A stretch of 64,000 nt of DNA from Dictyostelium discoideum. Taxonomy: Eukaryota. The position numbers and the translations under genes are program-made. Where the stretch lies: the NCBI GenBank assembly GCA_000004695.1, contig CM000150.2:928001-992000 (forward strand), written 5' to 3'. Position 1 is the first letter of the stretch; each line of letters begins with the position of its first letter. Under the pieces are notes generated by a model that was not told the DNA's origin, searched no databases, and was given only the letters and a program-made list of their open reading frames with translations. Positions 52,296-64,000 of the stretch are shown here, one piece after another.

Positions 52296-52558
52296 TTTTA
52301 TTTTTATATATTAGTTTTTTCCATTTTTTTTCTTTTTTTTTTTTTACTTTTATTTTTATTTTTTTGAAATTGTGTTGTATCTTTTATTTTATTGATTGGG
52401 GGTATGATTGTTTTTTTTTTTTTATTTTTTTTTTATTTTTTTTATTTTTTTTATTTTTTTTTTATTTTTTTTATTTTTTTTATTTTTTTTTTATTTTTGT
52501 TTTTTTTTTGAAATTAAAGTGGTTTCATATTTAATTTTTTAATTTTTGTTATTGGTTG

Positions 52559-52602
<44 letters not shown>

Positions 52603-52834
52603 AACAAGCAAACAATAAAAATAATAATATTACTTGGATAAGTAATAAAAATTAAAACAATCTATATCAATTTAAATTTCTAAAAATATCTAAAAAAAAA
52701 AAATAAATAGTCATCAAAAATTAAAATTAAAAAAAATAAAATTTAAATAATAATTTAAAAATAAAATTTTAATGTTAATTTAAAAATAAAATTTAAAAAA
52801 TAATTATTAATAACAATAAAAATATAAAATAAAA

Positions 52835-53020
52835 ATGGAGAAAATATTATTTTCTTGGATTATAAGTAAAAATGATATTGAAACAACAAATTCACTTAAA
52901 ATTATTAGTGATAATGGTCTTTTTATTACAATTGAATCTTTAGAAAAATTTTTTCAACCATTTTTGTCACCTTTAAATCGTAAGTTTATTAATCTTTTTA
53001 ATTTTAAAAAAAAAAAAAAA

Positions 53021-53067
<47 letters not shown>

Positions 53068-55272
53068 AATATATTAATTTAATTAAAAACTAAAATTTTA
53101 GTTTTTGAAAATGATACTCAAAAAGAAAAAAAATTAAAATATGGTTTAAAAACAATTGAAATAATGAATTTATATGAAATGTTAAAAAATTTAATTACAA
53201 CTAATAGAGGAAAAAAACCAAATAAAAATTATTTTGTTTATAGTTTTAGAGATCCAATGTTTAATGAATTATTAAATGATTATAATACACCATCATCAAA
53301 TGTTACAAGTTTACCAATATTTATAATATGTTTAGATATTCTTAGAAATAATAAAAATCAATTAATTAAACCAAAATTAGAAAATTCAAAAACAATAATT
53401 ATAGCGCCACCAACACAAATTATTTCAAAAAATGATAATAATTATAATAATAATAATGAAATTGATAATTCAATTCCATTTTTTAAAATTTGGAGAAATT
53501 CAGTTTTAAGGGGTGAAATTATTTCAGAAATTAAAATTTTAAATAATCATCTTGGTAAATTTACATTTTATTCAATTAATGAAATGGAAAAATATAAATA
53601 TAAAAATTATTTAAATCATGTTGTATTGGATTTTAAAAAAGTAATGGATAAAAACCTATTTAGATATGAAGGTGATATGTTTAATAATTATTTTGAAAAT
53701 TGTTTACCACCTTGTATTAAAAGTTTAGAAATAAATGGTGGTTTCAATTTCTTTATTAAACCATGTTCGTTCCCAACATCATTAACATATCTTCAATTTG
53801 AAACTGATAGAAATAATAATAAAATTGGGGAAAAGAATGTAATATTAAATTATCCAGTAAATAATCAATATTTTAAAAATTTTAAAAATTTAAAAATTGT
53901 AAAATTTGGTGAAGATTTTCATTCATCAATTAATGAAAATTCAATACCAGAAGGTATTAAAAATGTTGAATTTAAAAATGATTTTTCAGATTTCCTACTA
54001 CTAAATTCAAATATTTTCCCAAAAACATTAAAATCTCTAACTATTGGTAGTAGTAATATAAACAAAAGTAATACTAATAATTATGATACACATGGAAAAG
54101 AATCGTCATTGTATTTACCAAAAACAATTACTTCATTGAATTATTATGGAAATTCAATTTTACCAAATTTATTTTTAAATGAGAGTTTAACAAGGTTGAA
54201 TATAAAATGGCCAAAAAATCATTTAATTAAAAAAGAAAATTTCCCACAAAGGTTAAAATATTTAACACTTGAAGTTGGTAAAGATAAAGATATTAAAAAA
54301 AATTCATTTCCTACATCAATTATAAAGTTAAAATTATGTAATTATAATAAAATAATTGAACCAGATGTTTTACCAAAGAATTTAGAATACCTTTCATTTA
54401 AAGACACAATTTCAAATAATCGTATACTATTGAAAAAGTATCAACCAACTTTAATAAAAGGATCTTTACCAATAACTTTAAAAACTTTAAAACTTGGTGA
54501 ACATCATTTATATATGGATGTTTTAATCAAAGGTGTTTTAACACCATCACACACAAACTTAACAATATTATCAGTTGTTATTAGAAATCCAATAGATTAT
54601 AAACTATCTTCGCTATCAAATATTTTAAAGGTTGAAAATGATATAATGGAAAGATCAATAAAATGGAGAAAAAATAAATTCATTCCAGAATCTTTAAAAT
54701 TAATAATTTGTAAAACCAATTTACAATATCCATTATTGTTTAATCTATTTCATAGTAGTGAACCTAATAATAATAATAACAATAATATTGCGGGAATTCC
54801 AACAATTGTTAAATTGGATGAAGATTGTAGAGATGATATAACACCAATTTCAATGGTAAAATCATTAACATCTTTAAAGTTAAATGATTCATTTGATAAA
54901 ATAATCTACATTACTCAATTACCAAATTCATTATTGCATTTAAATTTTGGTTGCACAAATTCAATTTTCACTAAAAACATCATTACAAATTCAATACCAA
55001 TAGGTTTAAAAACATTAATATTACCCCCATTTTTTGATGGTTTATTAAATATAGATGAACATTTCCCAAATTTAGAAATATTAGTAATTGGACTTTCAAA
55101 CCCATCAAATGTACTCTATGATCCTTTAAAATCTTTAAAATTAAAATTTGTTTTTGTTTTCAATGAAAATAATAATTTTTTATTTAATCATAAATATAAT
55201 AATATTAAAACAATACTTGAACCAATATTAAAAATAATACCATTAAAACAATTTAAAAAAATTAATAAATAA
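52835..55272 (+). CDS. FNIP-repeat / F-box-like protein, member 3 of the triplet. Exons are 52835..52979 and 53102..55272.
   Basis: Exon 1 is MEKILFSWIISKNDIETTNSLKIISDNGLFITIESLEKFFQPFLSPLNR, followed by a GTAAGT..TTTTAG intron in phase 1. Then come FFKIWRNSVLRGEIISEIKILN and FNIP-like units. Confidence 0.7.
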
Positions 55273-55480
55273 TATTTACAAAAAAAAAAAAAAAAAATAA
55301 AAAAAAAAAAAATATATTACAAAATTTAATAAATAAAAATATTTAAAAGTTTATTTCTTTTTCTGAATAAATGAATTATAGAGGAAAAAAAAAAAAAAAA
55401 AAAAAAAATATTTCTTAAAATACACCAAAAAATAATAAAATTTTTTTTTTTTTTTTTTACAGATTTAATTTATTAATTTA

Positions 55481-56122
55481 TTAATTTATTAATTTATTTA
55501 TAAAAATTAAAAATAAAAGTGATAGAATTGCCAATGTATTAATTGAAATTGAAGATGTTGATGAATCAAATTTTGAACTAATTGGACATACTACTCTAAT
55601 TTCATTATTATTAAATTTATTTAATTTTTTATCTTTACAATTTATTATTAATTCATTTTTTTTTGATTCTTTATAATTCTTTTCTTCATGAAAATTTTTA
55701 AATATTTTATTCTTATTTCTGTTAACTTTTTCATAACATTTTGAATTTTCAAATAAATTAATTATATATTGATTACTACCATTATTTTTATTTTTATTAT
55801 TATTATTATTATTATAATTATTATTAGGTATTATGGGTGTTGTTGAATTTGATGATATGAATATTGATTTATATGGACATTTTTTAAAGGGTGATTTGAT
55901 TTTGGTACATTTTCCATATGGTACTAATATTGATATACAATCTTTTATAGTTACATCAAATCCATCCTCATCTTCATAATAATTTATTGCATCATGATTT
56001 TCTTTTTTATTATTATTATTTTTTTGAATTTCTTTAAATGGTGAATCTTTTTTAATTGCTAAATTTACATTTATTAAAAAAAATATTATAATAAAATTTA
56101 ATAATAAAATTTTGGTTTTCAT
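55481..56122 (-). CDS. Hypothetical small secreted or GPI-anchored Cys-containing protein of 213 aa.
   Basis: It has an N-terminal signal peptide (MKTKILLLNFIIIFFLINVNLA), about 10 Cys residues, a poly-N linker and a C-terminal hydrophobic segment (LAILSLLFLIFINKLIN). No family was assigned. Confidence 0.45.
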   Translation of the reverse strand: MKTKILLLNFIIIFFLINVNLAIKKDSPFKEIQKNNNNKKENHDAINYYEDEDGFDVTIKDCISILVPYGKCTKIKSPFKKCPYKSIFISSNSTTPIIPNNNYNNNNNNKNKNNGSNQYIINLFENSKCYEKVNRNKNKIFKNFHEEKNYKESKKNELIINCKDKKLNKFNNNEIRVVCPISSKFDSSTSSISINTLAILSLLFLIFINKLIN

Positions 56123-56392
56123 TATTAAATTTGATATTGATTAAAAAAAAAATAAAAAAATAAAAAAAATATAATTAAGAAAAAAAAAAAAAAAAAAAAA
56201 AAAAGTGGGGTGATTAAATTTTTTTTTTTATATTTTTTTTTAAATTTTTGGTTTTTTTTTTTTTCTTTTTTAAAACAAAATTTTATTTTTTATTTTATGA
56301 TAATTGTTTCAAAAATAATAATGTTTTTTGTTTTTTTTTGGTGGTTCACAAATAATTGATTTTTTAACCACGAGCGAAATTTTCAAATTATT

Positions 56393-56424
<32 letters not shown>

Positions 56425-56536
56425 TCAATAATATTTGAAATAAAAAAAAAAAAAATATCTAAATGCTTGTCAAAAGTCAAAAATTCTTTAATAGTAACAC
56501 TTTAGATATTGAAAAAAAAAAAAAAAAAAAAAAGAA

Positions 56537-57044
56537 ATGTTTGTAAATTTTAAAAAGATTCAATCATATATTGCATATGATTTATATGATAATAATAAGA
56601 TTAGAGAATTTGTGGATAGTTTAAAACAAGAAGAATTGGATAACTATATAATTTATCAATTTGAAGTTGATGATGCAACATTACTTCAATTAGAAAAAGA
56701 AGAATTAGAATTGACTCAATTAGTTCAAGAGCAATATATTGATAAAAAAGATTTCTCATTTTTAAATAATCATCATTTATGGATAAAATATCAAGATCAA
56801 GATTTCATAGTTAATGAAATTAAAAATCCAGAAAACAATAATAACAATAACAATAATAATTTTTATTTAAATTGTTTTACAATTAAAGGAACTGAAAATG
56901 AAATTAAAAAAGAATTAAATTTAAATGATAATGATAATGAAATAAATACATATGCAACATTTTCAATAACCAGATATCATTTTAAAATGCCTCAAAAAAT
57001 TGATTTATATATTGATTGTGTTATAAATTATGATAATAATCAAA

Positions 57045-57093
<49 letters not shown>

Positions 57094-57406
57094 TAAATTC
57101 TCATTATATGGTCATGTTAAATGTCAAGCAAAAGATTATAGTGAACTTTTATTATTTTATATTTTATATAATCAACCAAAACCACTCAAACCAAATATTA
57201 TAAATTATCTTTTATCTTTAAAAAATAATGATAATAATAATAACGATAAAACAAATCCAATCAATAAACTTCAATCACCAATTTCAAATGAAACTATTTT
57301 ACAAACTCCAAAAGTATTTGATGAAGATCCACTATTTAAATTTATTCAAAAAGGTGAAAATTCTCAAAACTCTTCTTCAAATTCCTCATTTTGTTCAATA
57401 AATTAA
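56537..57406 (+). CDS. Hypothetical protein of 289 aa.
   Basis: The ORF has non-repetitive blocks (FEVDDATLLQLEKEELELTQLVQEQYIDKKDFSFL, FSLYGHVKCQAKDYSELLLFYILYNQPKPLKPNIINYLLSLK) separated by poly-N. No family was assigned. Confidence 0.45.
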
Positions 57407-57547
57407 AATTATTAAATTATAATTTTGGAAAAAAAATAAAATAAAATAAATAATTAATTAAAAATTAAAAAAAAAAAAAAAACTTAACAATTGCAACTAA
57501 TAAATAATTAAAAATTAATTTTTTTTTTTATTAATTAATTTTTATTT

Positions 57548-57596
<49 letters not shown>

Positions 57597-57706
57597 CATG
57601 TTAATAATAATAATAAAAATAATAAAAAGAAAAGAAAGAAAGAAAAGAAAAAAAAAAAAAAAAAAAATGGATACTCTTCTTTTTTTATAGGTGGTAAAAA
57701 TATAAC

Positions 57707-58657
<951 letters not shown>

Positions 58658-58679
58658 CTTCGGTTGCCAGAATTAGATT

Positions 58680-58742
<63 letters not shown>

Positions 58743-58993
58743 AGGTGAAAAAAAAAAAAAAAATGAAAAAAAAAAATTTATAAATCTCATACCATAATTT
58801 GGCAACAATATACCGCCTCTTAATCACACAAAAAAAAAAAAATAAAAAAAAAATAAAAAAAAAAAAAGAAAAGAAAAGAAAAGTTTAAAAAAGAGGGAAA
58901 ACATAAAGAATAAAAAAAATACTATTGATTATTTTATTTTTTAATATTATTATTATTATTATTATTACCTATGTATCATCAAAATATTTTATT

Positions 58994-61265
<2,272 letters not shown>

Positions 61266-61771
61266 TAATAATAATAATAATTAATAATTAATAATTAATA
61301 ATAAAAATTAATAATATTAATAATAATAAATAATAAATCAAATGAGTAAACAATATCTATATAATAATATTAAACATGTACATAATACAATAAAAACGAG
61401 ACTCCAGTTTGGAAAAATGAATTATTTTAATCAAATAATTTAATAATAAAAATAATAATACAATATAAAAACTTATATAATAAAAAAAAAACTAAAATGC
61501 AAGATATTTATTTATATTTATTTAAAAAATAAAACTGGGAAAAAAAAAAAAAAAAAAAAAAAAAGAAAATTCAAAAAAACAGAACAATGATTACATTCAT
61601 TTTTTTTATATTTTATATCATTTTGTGTATTTTTGAAAATGTGTTCTATTTTTATAAACTAAATTCATATTAAAAATAAATAAAATAAAATTATTGTTAA
61701 AAAATTAAAAATAAAAAAATAAAAAAATAATAAATTGAATGTTAAAAAATGAAAAATAATGAAAATGAAAT

Positions 61772-61808
<37 letters not shown>

Positions 61809-61847
61809 CAGTTTATCAACAAATAAAAAAAAGAAAATATATATTAA

Positions 61848-62708
61848 GTGATGAACAAAAATGAAGGAATAAAAAAAACAATTAAAGATGATGAGGAAGA
61901 TAATGATGATGATATAGAATTTGTTGGTTTACATCGTATTGGAGATGATAATAATAATACAAGTACCAATGATATGACAAAAAGTTATGATGCATCAGAT
62001 GGAGGTGTATTTTTAGATGACTTATCACACTCAGATATTCAATTCAATGATCAACAAAGACACGATTCAGATTCAGAATTACAAGTTCAAAATTTATTAA
62101 ATGAAAGAGAACAACACCACCAACAACAAGACAATGATTTTGGCGATAGGATGCTTGATGATGATATTGATGAAAACAATGATAGACAAGAAATAATTGA
62201 TTCAAATAATATTTATCATTCAAATTTAAAAGCATATAATCATAGTGAAAATATTAAATTACCAACATTTAGTGGCAGTAGTAATAATAGTAATAATAGT
62301 AATAATAATAATAATAATAAAAACAATGATGTAGATTATGATATTGATGGTGATCCTATTCCAAGCATTGAAGGAATTAATAAAATTAATAAATTAGGAA
62401 TTGCAGATGATCTTAATAATTATGGTTTAGATGATTATGTTGAAAATATGGATGTTCCTCCTCCTTCCTCTTCTTTTAAAAATAAAACTACAACTACAGC
62501 AACCACTACAACTACAACTTCTATTTCGAGTCAAAATGATAATTATCAAATAATAGATAGTAAATATGATCCTAAAACTACAAATTTATTTAATACTCCT
62601 ATTGCATTAAATAAAATTATGATTTTCATTAAAGGCGTTGTAATGTATAGATGTAGATTTATACAATCAACTTTATCAAAACCAATGTATGTATATAAAT
62701 ATCATTAA
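61848..62708 (+). CDS. Hypothetical acidic protein of 286 aa.
   Basis: Asp/Glu/Asn-rich ORF with a poly-T(thr) stretch. No motifs were recognised. Confidence 0.4.
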   Translation: MMNKNEGIKKTIKDDEEDNDDDIEFVGLHRIGDDNNNTSTNDMTKSYDASDGGVFLDDLSHSDIQFNDQQRHDSDSELQVQNLLNEREQHHQQQDNDFGDRMLDDDIDENNDRQEIIDSNNIYHSNLKAYNHSENIKLPTFSGSSNNSNNSNNNNNNKNNDVDYDIDGDPIPSIEGINKINKLGIADDLNNYGLDDYVENMDVPPPSSSFKNKTTTTATTTTTTSISSQNDNYQIIDSKYDPKTTNLFNTPIALNKIMIFIKGVVMYRCRFIQSTLSKPMYVYKYH

Positions 62709-63452
62709 TAAATAATAATAGGTCAAATATATACACCCTTACTCTTTATTTATTAACCAAAAAAAAAAAAAAAAAAAAAAAAAAGTGATTTAAAAAATGA
62801 ATCTCAACAAAAAAGGGTTCAAGAGTTAGCATTCGTTTTATTGGAGCAAAAAGGAAATATTCAATTTATAAAACATGATAGATTCATCCTTTCATTAAGT
62901 ATGTATTTTACTTTTTTTTTTTATTTTTTTTTTATAAAAACTTTTACCGTAAAACAACAAATACTAACATATCTCAATTATTATTATTATTATTATTATT
63001 ATCATCAGGAATTCATTCAAAAAATTCATACAATGATAAATTTATAATTTCAAATCAAAGAGATGAACCTATGAAATTTTGTAGAAATAAATTCACCTTT
63101 ATAATACAACGTTTGTGAAGAAGAAAAAAAATAAAATAAAAAAAAAGAAAGAAAGAACTAAATATACTTTCCTTTAATTTGTACATAATATATATTTTTT
63201 TTTAACAAAATTTACATGTTGCCTTTATTTATTTATTATTATTACTATTATATTGTTTTGTTGTGTTGTTGTTATTTTTATTATTGTTATTGGGTGGTGT
63301 TGAAATTCTTCCAAGTTTTTTTTTTTCTTTTCTTTTTTTTTTTTAAGTAATGCTGATTTATTATAATGACAATATTTGGTAATGGTGGTGGTGATGACGA
63401 TGATGATGATGGTGGTGGTGCGGTTTTATATATTTATGAATGGATAATTTAT

Positions 63453-64000
63453 CTATAAAATACTCTTGGAACTAGTCATACCAAGTCTATGCTCCATAGA
63501 TGTATGTAATTGTGGTAATGGTGCTTCTGATGTGGCTGGATCTGTAAGTTTAAAAATATTTATTTTTTTATTTGTTAATTTATTTATTTAGTATTTAATA
63601 TTAAATAATAAAAATATATATATAAATAAAATTAAAAATAAATAAATAGGCAAAAACTTACCACAAAGATAATCACCAAAATCGAAATCTTCATCTAAAC
63701 CTAAAATTGTTTCTAAACCAACCATTGAACTTTGTAAAGTTGGTAATCTTTTAAATTGTGAATAAATTTGTTTTTCAATTTCATTATTCATAACCATATG
63801 TGTACCAAAAACATTTTTCATTGCAAAATTTTTTAATTTTATTTCTGTTTTACCTTGCTAAATTAAATAAATTAAATTAATAAATAAAATAAATAAAAAA
63901 ATAAAAAAAAAAAGTGTCCAGTATATATTGTAACAACTTACATCTAATTGAATACTTTCAACTGGATGTGATAATCCTTTAACATTACTTGATTCATTTC
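63453..64000 (-). CDS. Proteasome maturation factor POMP/Ump1 homologue, with the 5' end outside the window. Minus-strand exons are >64000..63942, 63857..63662 and 63541..63453.
   Basis: ...[14 protein letters not shown] | [66 protein letters not shown] | [29 protein letters not shown]. It is collinear with human POMP (...RLPFLSSSNLSLDVLRGNDETIGFEDILNDPSQSEVMGEPHLMVEYKLGL). GTAAGT donors and TTAG/ACAG acceptors are on the minus strand. Confidence 0.7.

Overview
This window is nuclear genomic DNA from a dictyostelid social amoeba. The genes match Dictyostelium discoideum: coronin, a Miro GTPase, mitochondrial T7-like RNA polymerase, CWC27, and a tRNA followed by a TRE3-type retrotransposon. 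It is not prokaryotic. The sequence is about 75-80% A+T with (AAT)n/(CAA)n microsatellites that encode poly-Asn/poly-Gln tracts. Introns are short, with GTAAGT/GTATGT-type donors and AG acceptors, and intergenic spacers are A/T homopolymer-rich. I read roughly 29 protein-coding genes on both strands, many spliced and exon-mapped by hand, plus one tRNA-Ser(UGA) and a 5'-truncated non-LTR retrotransposon. The retrotransposon sits 87 bp downstream of the tRNA and is flanked by a perfect 16-bp target-site duplication. The most interesting part is a cluster of three secreted-protein genes at 33.1-37.5 kb. It holds two tandem expansin-like paralogues followed by an intron-containing gene for a class A serine beta-lactamase-like protein. 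In that protein the STxK, SDN and KSG motifs are all intact. This is a plausible old horizontal acquisition and a possible bacterial cell-wall-directed module. Other notable items are a stand-alone MetE-catalytic-domain-like protein, a tandem triplet of FNIP-repeat/F-box-like paralogues, and a 27-bp coding minisatellite in an RSL1D1-like nucleolar protein. Several small multi-exon genes (POMP/Ump1, ATP synthase subunit g) would be missed by ORF-only calling. All exon boundaries are manual splice-site readings and may be off by a few nucleotides. Products were assigned from remembered family motifs, not from database searches.
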